From Camelus ferus (lineage: Eukaryota), in the NCBI RefSeq assembly GCF_009834535.1, contig NC_045696.1:88166001-88230000 (forward strand): 64,000 bases of DNA, written 5' to 3'. A model generated the notes under the pieces. It saw nothing but the letters and a program-made list of their open reading frames with translations. It was not told the origin of the DNA and searched no databases. This document shows positions 29,060-42,360 of the stretch, piece after piece (the first letter of the stretch is position 1; every line of letters starts with the position of its first letter). A program made the translations under genes and the position numbers.

Positions 29060-29507
29060 CTAAAATGATACCAAGATGAACTTTTCCCCAGTTGTATTAG
29101 CCACGACATAACTAACACCCATTTCACAACCGTGTTACATTCCAGTGCTTCCTTTACCAAAATAGGTAAAGGTAAAACAATACTGAAAAAGAATTTCTTG
29201 AGCATCATTAGGAATGTTTTATTTTATTTATTTATAGCCTAACCATGTAAAGGCTATTTGGGGTTAGTGCAGAGAATTCAGTGTTTCCCTTAGCATTCTT
29301 GCAGCTTTTCAGATCTCTCACAAAACTCTTGACATTCTGCCTTGTGTTATATATGTATGTGTTTATGGTTCTTCTATTATGAATTCTGAATGACAGTTAA
29401 AAAGTCGTCTTTTTCTTAATATTCCCAACAATGCTTGAGAAATAGTGCCAAACACCATAAAAATTGACACACAGAGCAGTGTTTTGCAGTTAGCTAAAAT
29501 TATTCAT

Positions 29508-29636
29508 TTTTGTTTGTTTTGGGGATGGAGGTAATTCGATTTATTTGTTTATTTTTTAATGGAGGTGCTGGGGATTGAACCAGGACCTCGTGCATGCTAA
29601 ACACACACTCTACCACTGAGCTATACCCTCCTCCTC
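29508..29636 (-). mobile_element. Camelid tRNA-Ala-derived SINE in the OTOL1 intron between coding exons 2 and 3
   Basis: tggaggtgctggggattgaaccaggacctcgtgcatgctaaacacacactctaccactgagctataccctcc. TSD aaa(t/c)tattcat lies at 29497-29507 and 29637-29647. Confidence 0.9.
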
Positions 29637-32006
29637 AAACTATTCATAATACAAACCCACTGAGGAAAAGAAAAATACTGTCCTTGACACACATAGAGCA
29701 TCCAGGAAATGCTCATTTTCATTTTGTTCGGAAATTTTTTCACATACTCTTTGGACAAATTATAAAACTGTGGAAATTCATCTTTGAAAACAATAAAAAT
29801 ATACGGGCTTTTAGATATTTGCCATATTGCCACCAAATGGACTTCGATACTGGGCCTGCCTAAAGGCCCATCCTGTTACAGTGCAGCCACTTTAGATTTA
29901 TTTTAATTGTAAGTAAGAATAGCAAAAATAACAGAAATAGCAATAGCTACCTCTTATTGAACATTTACTTTGCACCATTAATGTTCTGAGCTCTTAACAT
30001 GATTTTTAATTTAATCAACATTTTTAATTTAATACTAATTCTTATTTGATCTTAAAACAGCCTCTCATATAACAGGGAGGCTCACCTAACAGAGCACTTC
30101 TCATCAATTGGAACATTTTTCATTTACATAGTTGGTAGCATCTCCCATCAAGAAAAGTAGAGCAGATATTCTTGTCACCACTTTTACCACAGAAGAAACT
30201 GAGGTGTGAAGAAGTTTAGAAATTTGTCCAGAGTCAGTCATGACTGCATATAATACTGGTTGGCATTGATTTGTCACCCATATGATTTATAATATAACTA
30301 ACTTTTTTTTTGTTTCATTTTTGCCAGGGAAAGGAAATCCTAAGTCAAATTAAAAGTCATGAGAAGAGTCAGCCAAATCTCATAAGACCAGCTGAAGAAA
30401 TCCCACTGTAAGCCACTCAGCAGAGTTTTCTAAGTAGCTAGCTCCACCATTATCATTCCACATAAAATTTTAAATTTGGAAATTAACCCACAGGCCATCA
30501 GGAAAACGTCTGTATGCCTTTGAAGAGAACCCAGTATGAATGGAAGTGAAGGATCAATTCTATTCCCGGTCCTTGTCAATATCCATATACCAACTTTCAC
30601 TGGTCATTTAAAGAATTTTACTGCTTAGAGTGAATTTACTCAGGTAATGATTAGCCAGAGTGCAGTCATTTGACTCTTTTTTTTTTTTTTAACTTTCAGT
30701 CTTTTTTTTTTAACCAAGAGTCCAAGCTAAGTCTGGAAGTAAAAGGAAAGTAGAATTGCCACTTTATAGAGACTGGCTAAATGAATTTCTCTTTTTGATC
30801 CTCCATCAAAGCATATTCTTAAGAACCTTATCTTATAATACTTCTCTGTTTTTTTTTTCTTCTTCTACTTCCAGAAGTCTAACTTCCAAAATGTATAAAT
30901 CACTGAGAAGGTTCATCACTCATCTTTATTTCACAGGGCTTTCTGCTAACATAATTCAGCCACAAAAGGATTAAATGTTTCCGAGAATGAAAATCGCCTA
31001 ACTGACAAGTGTGAAGTAGCTCTCTCACCCTAGCATCTTTTTTGAGTAATTACTTCACTGACTGTTCTATCAGAAATGAGTTAGGCAGTCCCTGAGCCAT
31101 GCGGAGGGTGATGTATCGATGATACTAGATCTTTTGACATGTGACACTGAGGCTAAAACATTTAACTTGATGAATAGATGGTATTTCTGCAGGCTGGTGG
31201 TATTCACTGAGGAATTTCAAATGTCCCAGTGAATCTGTACCTTGAAGCATTTACAGGACCAGGGATTTCCTAGAGCAGAACACACTCTTTGCTGATACAT
31301 CTATGGAATTATATAGACTTTCTGAGCTGGAAAAGATCTATGAAAGTACACAAACCTACAAATCTTTGATAGTAAACAGAGTATAAATAAATGGCTCATC
31401 TATTCCCCTCAATTTCCAGATGAGGTAAAGTGACTGGTCCAAGGTCACTGGAATAAGCTTAATTTCTTCCATTGTAATTCAGTTCTCTTCCCATCATTGA
31501 CACTGCCCCTGATTTGAGAGTGGCCAGAGGATATGTCATATTCTCATTAGCAGGTAAGCTATCTGCTCAAATGGAATAATCTAGAGGATTGCCTGTTAGT
31601 TTTACCTGGTGTGATATTAATCTGCATCATAAGGAAGAACTCAAACAAGAGAATGTAGGAAAGGACCTTTCCTCAGAGTCTATGCCCTGTGGCTCCCAGT
31701 TACTGGGTCAGTCAGGTGGCCTATGAGAAATAGAAAAGATGTGTGAAAGCCTCTGCTGTGTATATGTGTATGTGGGGGAGGGGGGGTGGTGATATATTAC
31801 CAGGCAAATTTTAAATTTCTCAATTGGCTATTTATAAAGTTAACATTTTTATATCAACTATAGCCCACAATATGCTTTACCAAGTTTTTATATTTAAAAA
31901 TAAAATTGATCCACCTGCAAGAATCTGGTATTTCCTTAGCAAGGTGCTCTTCTTAAAAATAATGCAGAACATCTCTTTGAGTTTTAACATGAAATGAATA
32001 AAATTA

Positions 32007-32114
<108 letters not shown>

Positions 32115-32744
32115 TCAAAAAACATCAGGGTAGAAACATTTTCTTTTGAAATTCATTAGTTCCCCCACACACACACCAAAAAAAGAAAAAAAGAAAGCAG
32201 TCATTTTATTGAGACCAATGACTGTCAGTATCTTAATGATACAATCTGAGTGAGAATAAATCATAACAGAGTGCTCAGGACAGCATTTCTGTCTGATTTG
32301 CAATTTTGAACTACCTGAATAGATAAATTGAGCTCATTAGTACTTGTCACTGAATTCATGGCAATGATCAAATGATTCAGAGAAGCAGTGCCATGTCCAA
32401 CAGTAAGAACAAAATGATTACCTGACTCTTAACCTCATGTGGACCACACTTTCAAATTGGAAGTAAAACCACAATCCCTAGCACTGTTAGTTTTCCACAC
32501 CTTCACTAACGTACTCATTCAGGAACTACTGCTGAGGCCTCCTGTACACCAAACCATCCTGCTCGGAATCAGAAATCACCCATCAGCATTCCAGCAGGCC
32601 CCTCCCTCAGGGAGCTGAGAATCCATGAATGATAAACACCGAACAAATAACCACACAAGTAAATATAACTGGCCACACTGTCATTAGTGATGTAAAGCAA
32701 AAGAGGGAGTTCCTATTGATTGTTCCGATATATTGTAGTTTAAA

Positions 32745-32765
32745 AAAAACTATAATGGAAAAGAA

Positions 32766-32837
<72 letters not shown>

Positions 32838-32900
32838 CTAAATCATTTAGCTATACACGTGAAATTAACACAAATTGTAAATCAACTGTATTTCAATTAG
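32745..32900 (+). mobile_element. L1 3' end fragment with long (TA)n
   Basis: actataatggaaaagaagga (TA)~34 actaaatcatttagctatacacgtgaaattaacacaaattgtaaatcaactg. Confidence 0.85.
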
Positions 32901-32919
32901 GAATTCAAAAATTGCACCT

Positions 32920-33068
32920 CTTGGGGAGTGATGGAAATGTTAGCTGTCTTGATTGTGGTAGTGGTTTCATTCATGTATACTTCTATCAAAATTCATCAAA
33001 GTGCACATCTGAAATATGTGTAATTTACTGTACAGAAACCATACCACAACAAAGGTGTTAAAAAAACT
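32920..33068 (+). mobile_element. Old L1 (L1M) 3' terminus
   Basis: ggggagtgatggaaatgttagctgtcttgattgtggtagtggtttc...tcaaaattcatcaaagtgcacatctgaaatatgtg. Confidence 0.75.
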
Positions 33069-35795
33069 ATACTTCAATTTAAAAAAAGGAAAAATCTAAA
33101 ATATCAACTTTGAAAAAATAAATAATTTATGGGATCAGAGGAAACATCCCAGAAAAAATGGTGTTAAGCTAAGACCCAATGAACAAATTAGAATTTTCTA
33201 AGTCCAAAAAATACATAGATGACTATTTGGGGGAAAATAAGAGTAGAAAAGACCATGGTGTTTTTAAGAAACTGAAAGAAGAGCACTGTGGATGGAGCTA
33301 GCAATCAGGGTAAAGGAGACTGAGGGGCAGATGAGGGGAAAATGGTGCAGGGCTCAGACCTCACTAGGGGTCCTTGCTCACCCCAGTGGACCACGTCCTT
33401 TCCACTTGGCTGGGCCAGACAGAAACCCAAGCCTAGGATAATTATCCTTCCTGCAACCCCAGCCCTGTTCAAACATAGGAATTGATTCACAACCTCTGAT
33501 GAGAATAATGTATGGCCAGGTTCTTTGAAAGTTACCCATATAGATAGGTGCACTCAATTAAATTGTAGTATTTCGTCTTCATTACTATAATTAAGGCTAA
33601 TGGAATGGAGAAAATCATATTCAATCTGTTGAATTTCCTCTTTGAAAGAACACTGTGTTTGTTTGGATGAAAAACTTTCATAAATGACTTGCAGTGGGGA
33701 TGAAGGCTGAAGGCAAGCTTAAGTAGCCAAAACCTCTGTCTAGAAAAGGAAGGAGAACAGAGATGAAAAGAAGGGAGAATGAAGGGATGGAGGGGAGGCA
33801 GAAGCAAGCAAAATGGTCAGTTTCAGTTCACTGCGCATGTCCCACCTTCCTCGTGATCCCCAAATGCCTGATGTTGTTACAAGGGAAATCATAAAGGGCA
33901 ATGCCCAGCTTGGCACACAGAGCACACATCAACCACCTGCGAGGACACCAGGGGCAGGGAGGCTGCCCCTTACATGTAGGCAAGATGTACATCTTGGTTA
34001 GTTCAGTGTAAATACTGGCAGGCTGGACTTCATGGAAGAGCAGCGGCTTAAAGGTGCACAAGTGGAGTTTGACTCCAGGTTCTACCCTCTCAGGTGGTAC
34101 AACCTCTAGAATTACCTAAAACTCTCCGAAACACAATTAAATCATCCAGTGACATGTAGTAACATTTTTGACATTGTCTATTAAAATTAGAAACAACAAA
34201 AGTGCTTAACAGTTCTTGGCACATAGTAGGTAGCTATTATTATAACTGAACTAATGAGAGAAGCTGGAGATAAAATTTCAAAAGGAATTTCACCTTTGTG
34301 AGCTATTAGAAATGTCTGCAGACTTCAAAACACTTTTATTTAGAAACGATAAAATTAGGCTTGTGGCTTTTCAAGTCTAGATTTATTCTCTACATTACAA
34401 TACAAATGTGATGTATGCAATGTGTGTGTGTGTTCATAGGGCCAAAAACTAAAAAATAACAAAGAAAAATTTAAATAGTTTGGTTTGAGCAGGTTCATTT
34501 GCATTTTCAAGTTTGTTTAGTGTTGCTCTTATGTTAGCTTTTTAATTTAAAACAGTGCTTTTGAAACACTGGTAAAGCCACACCAAATATCTATGAACCA
34601 CAGAACCAGGATCCTATCAGCTTCAGAGTATCTCATAAGGTAGGAAAAGACTCCTCCTACAGCCAACAGGAAAAACAAACACAGTTTATTAAGCATTTAT
34701 CCTCTTCCAGGCACCACACTGAGACCACATATGTGTGATCTCATTCAGCTCTCTTGACAATTCCATGAAGCTGGTTTTATTCTTCTCTCGTTTTACTATT
34801 TGGGAAACTTAGACTTAGAGAGGGAATGAAGCTTCCTCAAGGTAGGACCATGATAGACTTGATATTTTGAAGTCTCCAACACTCTGCTCCACAGCAGAAC
34901 CAGTCAGACTAAGACATAGGAGCGCCCCAGGCAGGCTAACAACTTGGCACATCTTCAAAAATATTAGATTAGAGGCTGAGCTCTGAGAACAGCCCAGCTA
35001 GCTCCACCAGCGTGTAAAACAAACGCCCTGATGTCCCAGACCCACAGCCTTGGAAGACAATTTAGCAACCAGTTGTTTACTTGACCGCCTCCCGGTACCC
35101 CCAAGCAGCCTGCCAGCCAGACATGATACTAAGAGAAATCCTGGTGCATATAATTGTCTCAGTCTCATTAGATTTCCAAAAATGTTTTGGCAACCATGAA
35201 ATCTTGGTACTCTTTTACCCTTCAGTTTCACCTCTGCATAAACAGTGATCACATTTCCCAAAAGGTTCCTGCCATGAGATGAAATGAATGAAAAACCTTA
35301 ATAAGGATGCAGAACTCCTGATTTTATAACTTTAAATTCTTCCAGCAAGACAAATATTTGCGTGTAATTTTTTTTTTCAGGGAAGCGTGGATTTGAAATT
35401 CACATTCTGATCTCACTTTTACCTTGAATTCTCTGCTGCAGGACATGTGAAAACTGGAATGTATTACAATAAAAGTGAGAGTGTATTCATTAAAGACATC
35501 TGAAATGTTGAAATATTTAACCATGATGTTCAATGGAGAAAATTGCTAGGCAAGGATACAGTGTTACCTCAGAATTTCAATGAGAAGCAAACTGAATCCT
35601 GCCTTGATTCTCCACCTCACAGACTTCCCATTTCTTATCCTAACTACAAATTGCACTCCCAAAAATCTATCAGTCAGCACCCACCCTTAACAGATCACAG
35701 AATTTTCATTTACCCTTTCTACATTAGCCGTTAATGAAAAGACTGTGGAACTGGAAGACCTGCCAACCAGTGTTGGGCCTGGTCTCTGCTCTAAT

Positions 35796-36000
35796 CAGCA
35801 CCGTCCTGTAGAACTTTCTGCAATGATATCAATGCTCTGTGTCTGCGCTGCCCCATACGGTAGCCACTGGCCATGCGCGGCTACTGGGCACTTGAACTGT
35901 GGCTAATGTGACTGAAGAATTGAATTTTTTAATCTCCTTTAATCTTAATATTTATTAATAGTCACACACATAGCTATGGCTACCACACTGGGCAACAGAG
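35796..36000. mobile_element. MER3 (hAT-Charlie MITE) ~150 bp into the intron after coding exon 1
   Basis: tagaactttctgcaatgat...catacggtagccactggccatgcgcggctactgggcacttgaactgtggctaatgtgactgaagaattgaattt matches the MER3 consensus as I recall it. Confidence 0.85.
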
Positions 36001-36143
36001 CCCATGTGAGTGTGTCACAATGTTATACACAGCTTGTCCTATTCCGACGACAATGTAGAACCCCTGGGGCAATTCCATCACCAGTTCACCACTTCTCAAC
36101 TCTAAGGATGTACCAGTGAGAAACAGGGTTTTGTGCATTTTCA

Positions 36144-36614
<471 letters not shown>

Positions 36615-37519
36615 TCATATGAGTATATATCCTTATATATGATTCATAGATTCATACATAAATGAACCATAAGAATGAACAGTATGCATAATATAAAATG
36701 ATTTTATGTAGTTTATATGTAAATGTATGCTTGAATCACAATAGAATATTTTATTTACTCAAAGTATTTATCGTAAGGAACTTTCTGCTTCAGTTCTCCT
36801 TTGTGGTTGCTTTCCTAGTGCTACATGGACTAAAATATTGTTCTCAGTCATTCGTATTATCTTGCCAAATAGCAAACATGATCTATAATAAATGCAACAT
36901 GACTTAATAGCTCATATACCCAGTGGAAAGAAATATGTATAAAATCTCAACTGACCTCACTCAGATTTATAGGAATCAAATACATTTGTATTAGAGGGAG
37001 ATGAAAAATATTGAGCTGAATAGTTTATTTCAGCAAACTCAATTATTTCAAGAAAATAAACTGGTAAATAGTCCTTAAATCTACTCAGGATTATGGTCTT
37101 GTTGTGAGGGCAATCTTTTAGAATCTGTCGTAATAAATGGAGGGAGAGAGAGAGAATAAGAAATCATAAATTTAAATATATGCTAGGTCTTTATGGCCTT
37201 CACATGTCATTTAACTCTCCAATTCTTTGCTTTACAATTTGAGTTTTCTGAAAACTCACATTTATCTTTGTATTATTTTAATGGGGCAAATAGTGGTTAT
37301 TCCGATTAAGGCTTTTATCAATGTTCAAAGTGATGGGATATAAGGTTCTCGAAGAAGTAAAAGTTTGATACTTCATAGTATTCCATTCCCCAGCAACTCC
37401 CAGCAATCCAGTGGCTGCTAACAGATAATATCTGCTAACAGATGCATGATTTCTGATTGGAAAAGGAAGGAATGATTAGGATAAATAGTGACAGAGTAAA
37501 GAGAATGGAAATAAGGAAA

Positions 37520-37755
37520 GTAATAACACTTACTATTTATAGGGCCCCTTTTATGAGTAGCTGTGTTACATTCATCAATCCGATCTGTTCTCTAAACAGC
37601 TCTGCCAGGTAGATGACTCACAATCCCTCACCTTCACAGATGAAACAGGCACCAAGTGGTTACGTGCCTTGCTCAAGATCACACAACCAGTAAGTTATTA
37701 ATTCAGAACTTAAATCCAGGTCTGTTTAATTTTAAATCCTTAATCCTTTCCCACA
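37520..37755 (-). mobile_element. MIR
   Basis: cacagatgaaacaggcaccaagtggttacgtgccttgctcaagatcacacaaccagtaag...aaatccaggtctgt. Confidence 0.75.
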
Positions 37756-38724
37756 AATCATGTGGCATTCATAGGGATGAGATTAAAGAACAATAAATCC
37801 AAGGGTAGGATCAGTGGAAGAGCTATGAAGGAGACAGACATAAATCAAAGCAGACAAGAAGGGACAAAGGATGCTATATTTCCAAAATCATATAAAGATC
37901 CAAAAACACTAACTTTGCTTCAAGTTGCCTTTGCTACCGTATTCATCCATTCAGTCAATATTTACTGAATATCGACAATGTCACAAGCACTGAGAAATTA
38001 TATGTGGTGACATCTAATAATATATACTAACCCATGGCCTCTGTCCTCAGGGAGCTGACAATCTAGTAGGAAAGATGAGAAACAACAAAAGCTAAGAGGA
38101 AAGTGTGAAGGGCAGGTGATTACGTTGCATCCCCCTAAATACAGATCTCGCACCTCAACTCCCTCTACCCCTGCAAGACTGACCACACAAACAGGGTTAC
38201 TGTGTATCAGTCAGATGACAGAAATACTCTGTTTAAATATAAAATAATATAGCTTTCATTTGTTCATACAACTGCATTCAATGAAACATTCATTTGTTCC
38301 ACACATATTTATTTGAGTGTCTAAGAAGTGCCAGGTCTGATGCTGGGTCATAGAATATAAAGACAAGTAAAACCCAGCCCCCTCTCTAAGGATCTTGTTG
38401 CAGTAAACATCCAAATATGGCAAATATCCAAAGTGCAAAGTAGTCAAAGTGCAACATCGGTAACTTAAGTTTCTCACCACTCTGCTATGAGAATAATTCA
38501 AGGTTGCAGAATGGTGAGTATTAATTCTCTAAGACATTGCTTTGTTCTCTTAAACAAATGAAGTCACATGGGAAAATAATCCTTTTTTCCTTGCTAAAAC
38601 AAATCTGTGTTATTCTTGTATGCATACAAAGTATTTCTGACCCTGGAAACATGTTATGATAGCCCCTTGGTAAACCATTCCTGAGGTGGCAAATAAGAGA
38701 GAGCTGTTGGGAGGAACATGATAG

Positions 38725-38839
38725 GGGAAGGATATAGGTCAGTGGTGGAGCACGTGCTTAGCATGCACGAGGTCCTGGGTTCAATCCCCAGTACCTCCAC
38801 TAAATAAATAAATAAATAAACCTAATTACCTCCCTCAAA

Positions 38840-38886
<47 letters not shown>

Positions 38887-38893
38887 AATTAAA
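38725..38893 (+). mobile_element. Camelid tRNA-Ala(AGC)-derived SINE with (AAAT)n tail
   Basis: ggatataggtcagtggtggagcacgtgcttagcatgcacgaggtcctgggttcaatccccagtacctcca carries A/B-box-like motifs and an intact anticodon arm. TSD gaacatga(t/c)ag lies at 38714-38724 and 38894-38904. Confidence 0.92.
38838..38886. repeat. (AAAT)n tetranucleotide microsatellite in the SINE tail
   Basis: About 12 perfect AAAT units. Confidence 0.95.
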
Positions 38894-39029
38894 GAACATG
38901 ACAGCCAGAGGGAGGGTATAGCTTAGTGGTAGACTAGCATGCAGGTACTAATCGTTATTGCAATTACATCACAATATCACACATGAACCATGCCGAACCA
39001 TGCAAGGTTAGATTTACTATAACCACATA

Positions 39030-39145
39030 ATGTATTATAAAACTGAGGCACAGAGAGGTTAAGTAGCCTGCCCGAGATCACAGGGTTAGTTAAGCAGTGG
39101 AGCGGGGATTAAAACCTAAATCCATTTGACTCCAGAGTCAGCCCA
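39030..39145 (-). mobile_element. MIR core
   Basis: aaactgaggcacagagaggttaagtagcctgcccgagatcacagggttagttaag...tgactccagag. Confidence 0.85.
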
Positions 39146-40062
39146 TGCACCTCGCACTGTGACGTGCTGCCTGGGGATTAACCAGTCATCAGAGATGCTG
39201 CAGAACAAACTGAGTTGGACCCTTCAAGGAGCTTGACATTAGGCCCTTCAGTGGAAGAACGTGGTTTCCCACAGACAGGAAATGGGAGCTTAATAGGAGA
39301 CAGGAGGAAAAGGAGAGATGAGAAGTCTGGCTCTGACAGTGGAACATATTAGTGTGGGGCAAACAAAGTTTCAGAGGGGAACATAGCCCATCTGACAAGA
39401 GGCTAAAGGACGACAGAAAGGAATGAGCAGAGTTAACCAATATAGGAAGGTGCTCAGTGTCCCTCTTTGAGGATGTGAGTTGTCCTCATGAATGTTTTCC
39501 TTGCATCGTGACTTCCTGCTTCCTGATGTTAAAGGATAAGGTAGTCAGTACTTTAAGACTATGAGGAGGCTCCCCAAGAATTTGTAGTTAAGGAAAACAT
39601 GATGCCCTTTGAAAAACAATGGAGCAAGAGTTGATGGCAACCTGACCAACGGGGCAGAGACAGTATTTCTTTTTAATGGGAATTTCTTCAAGTTTGTGTA
39701 AAAACATAAAACCTAGTCAAACAAAACCTCCACAATGAGTCAAGAAAGTCAAGGCTTCTGACCAAATTTTAAGTCACTAAAACAATCAAACATAAGTCAA
39801 ATGCTAAGTCTGAAGTTTAACAGGCATAAATCTTAACAGAGGGGTTAAAAGTAAAGATCTAAAAGGAGGCTGAGGTCTCCAATCAAACTAAATGCAGTTA
39901 AAGCCCTTTTTCTCATCTTGAAGGTTGCCTGGACTTGTAAATATTTCAAGAGCAGAAAGTTAGGTCTCTTTTGCTTCATTCCTAGTACCTAACATAACAT
40001 CCCCAATGTGCCTAGCGTAATATGTATCGCATAAATGTTTGCTAATTTGAAATGAAGTAAAT

Positions 40063-41100
40063 GTAGTAAACTGCATTATTATCTCTAATTTTCCACCCTT
40101 CCCTGAACGCACACTCTTTGATATATGGGTTTTGCACCGTTTCCCACAAGAGAAATGAGGTCTATGCTCTCCCTTGACTTTGAGTTCAGCCATGTGACTT
40201 TGGCCAGTAGAACGAGGTGGAAGAGACAGGGTGCCATTTCCAAGCCTAGGTCTCAAGAGCCCTTGTATGTTTCCACCTCCTCTTTTATACTTTGGACATT
40301 TCCATCAGAAAGACATGCATGGCCGATCTTGCTGGTCACAGAAGGAGGGTGTGAGACATATGTGGCAGAGCTGCCCCAAGAAAGATGCCCAACCCTATCA
40401 CAATCTTGATGAAAGTCCCCAACTGATCCACAGAGACATAAGCGAGCCCAGGTGAGACCAGTTGGGGCCAAAAATCTAGATCAGACAACCCTCACCCATC
40501 CCACAGACATGTTCCAATTAGCTATTGCTGTGTAACAAAACACCTCAAACTTAGTGACTTAAAATAACCATTTACCATAGCTCATAATTTCATGGGTCAG
40601 GAATTTAAGCCTAGATTATTTAGGTGACTCTTCTGCTTCCTGAGGCATAAGCTAAGGTCACACAGAAGTTTTCAGCTGGTGCATGAGCTGGTCTGGAGAG
40701 GCTTCACTACAAATCCAGTGGCTCAGTAAAGGTAGAAAAATGCTGAGCTCATCAAGGACAATAGTTTCCCTAACATGCTAGTCTCAAAAGAATCAAATTT
40801 CTTCAGTCATCAGTTTTCTTCAATCACAGTTCCCAAAGAGAGTGCTCCAAGAACATGGAAGCTGTCAATCTATTTAGGCTGTGCCTGAGAACTGACACCA
40901 CAACACTTTTACTGACTTCTACCAGTTACAGGAGTCACAGAGGCTAGCCAGACTCCAAGGGAAAGGGCATAGACCCCATCTCTCAACGGAAGAAGAGTCA
41001 AATAATCTTTGGCCATCTTAAATCCACCACAGACACTCAAACTATAATTTGTAAGTCATGGAGTGAGTTTGGGAAAGATTAGGCAGCAAAAGCTAACTAT
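40063..41100. mobile_element. Two nested MaLR (MLT1-type) LTRs
   Basis: The outer LTR (+) spans 40063-40509 and 41032-41100. The inner, opposite-orientation LTR spans 40510-41031 (tgttccaattagctattgctgtgtaacaaaacacctcaaacttagtgacttaaaataacc ... ttaaatccaccaca). Confidence 0.75.
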
Positions 41101-41679
41101 TACCAACAGTTCCAGCCTTTAGCCTAACACTGTATTTGCTACCATCGAGACAATAATGACTGAGCAGCTTCCAGGCAGCACCATCTTACCTCTACCCAGC
41201 AGCAGGCATCCTATGTGCTCCTCCCCCTCATCAATTAGCCCCCATAGTCCTGGGAGTTGCACCCATTGAAAGTTCTTAAGCAGGAGCTGGGCCACCCCTT
41301 GTTGAAGTGCTCTTAGAAGGGATCTTGAAGATTCTTCAAACTTGAGTGCCCCTTCTAACCTTGAGAGTCTACGACATGGTTTTATAACAGCAGACATTTT
41401 TTCAACGTATGAAAATTAGTTCATACCATAAAATTTCATTCTAAATACAGGAGACATTACATTTCTTTTAATGATATACTCTTCTCTCTCATTAAGACAG
41501 TGCCTATGCTTAGGAGGACATTCTTTGAAGATTGGTTAGTTCTTTTCTCAAAATAAGTTAGGTATTTATACCAACTAAACAATGTATATTTGTAAGATGA
41601 CTGGTATGTTTTATGCTGAGGTTAGGACTATGGATTGTAAAGAAATGTAGTAACTGACTAGCAAGTAATTTAGTATAAG

Positions 41680-41870
41680 TACTAAAAGCCATTGGCTTTG
41701 TAGACAGTGAGTCTTGAATACAAGATTCAGATCTTCTATTTACTAGTTGTTTGATTGGGAGCAAGTTACTGTACCTCTCAGAGTCTTGGTTCCTTTTTTC
41801 TAAGATGGAGATAATAATAGTAGATACATCTTATACGGCTATGAAACTTAACGAGATAATGCATGAAAAA
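41680..41870 (+). mobile_element. MIR
   Basis: ggctttgtagacag...ttactagttgtttgattgggagcaagttactgtacctctcagag...aagatggagataataatagta. Confidence 0.8.
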
Positions 41871-41879
41871 ATCAGTATT

Positions 41880-42360
41880 TCAGACTGTAATAAGTGCTAT
41901 GGAAGAAACAAATAGGGGTATTTGATAGAGTGACAAGGAAAGATTGTTTCAAACAGGTGTCTAGAGAAAGCCTATCTGAGGAAGTAGCACTTAATGTGAC
42001 AGGAAATAGCACTGACGAATCAGAGGAGCCAGTCTCAGGAAGAGCAAGGAGAAGAGATTTCCAGGAAGCGGGTGTGCCTTTGATACAAGGGAGAGAAGGA
42101 AGGTCAGGAGGCCCTGACTATATGGAGTGAGAGACTGGCACAGTCACCCGGGACGCACTTTGTAGGGAGCTGTGGACCATCATAAGGATTGGGGGCTTCT
42201 TCAATAAGCTATAAGAAGTCTTCAAAAGCTAAAGCAGGGGAGAGACCCTGGCTGTTGTGTGGAGGATAGTTACAGGTGGGACAAAACAGCAGGCAGTAAA
42301 AGCAAATGAGAGCTGCTGTCATCCAGGCAATAAGAGATGAGGGTGGCTTACAACAATGTG
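41880..42360 (-). mobile_element. L2 fragment
   Basis: taataagtgctatggaagaaaca, agagaaagcctatctgaggaagtagcactt, ccctggctgttgtgtggagg. Confidence 0.65.

Noticed and set aside
31105..31152. Box C/D snoRNA-like GTGATG...CTGA
   Set aside because: It is too short, has an imperfect C box and is on the strand opposite the host gene.
38725..38799. Functional tRNA-Ala gene
   Set aside because: It has acceptor and D-arm mismatches, an A-rich tail, a TSD and three diverged siblings in the window, so it is a SINE.
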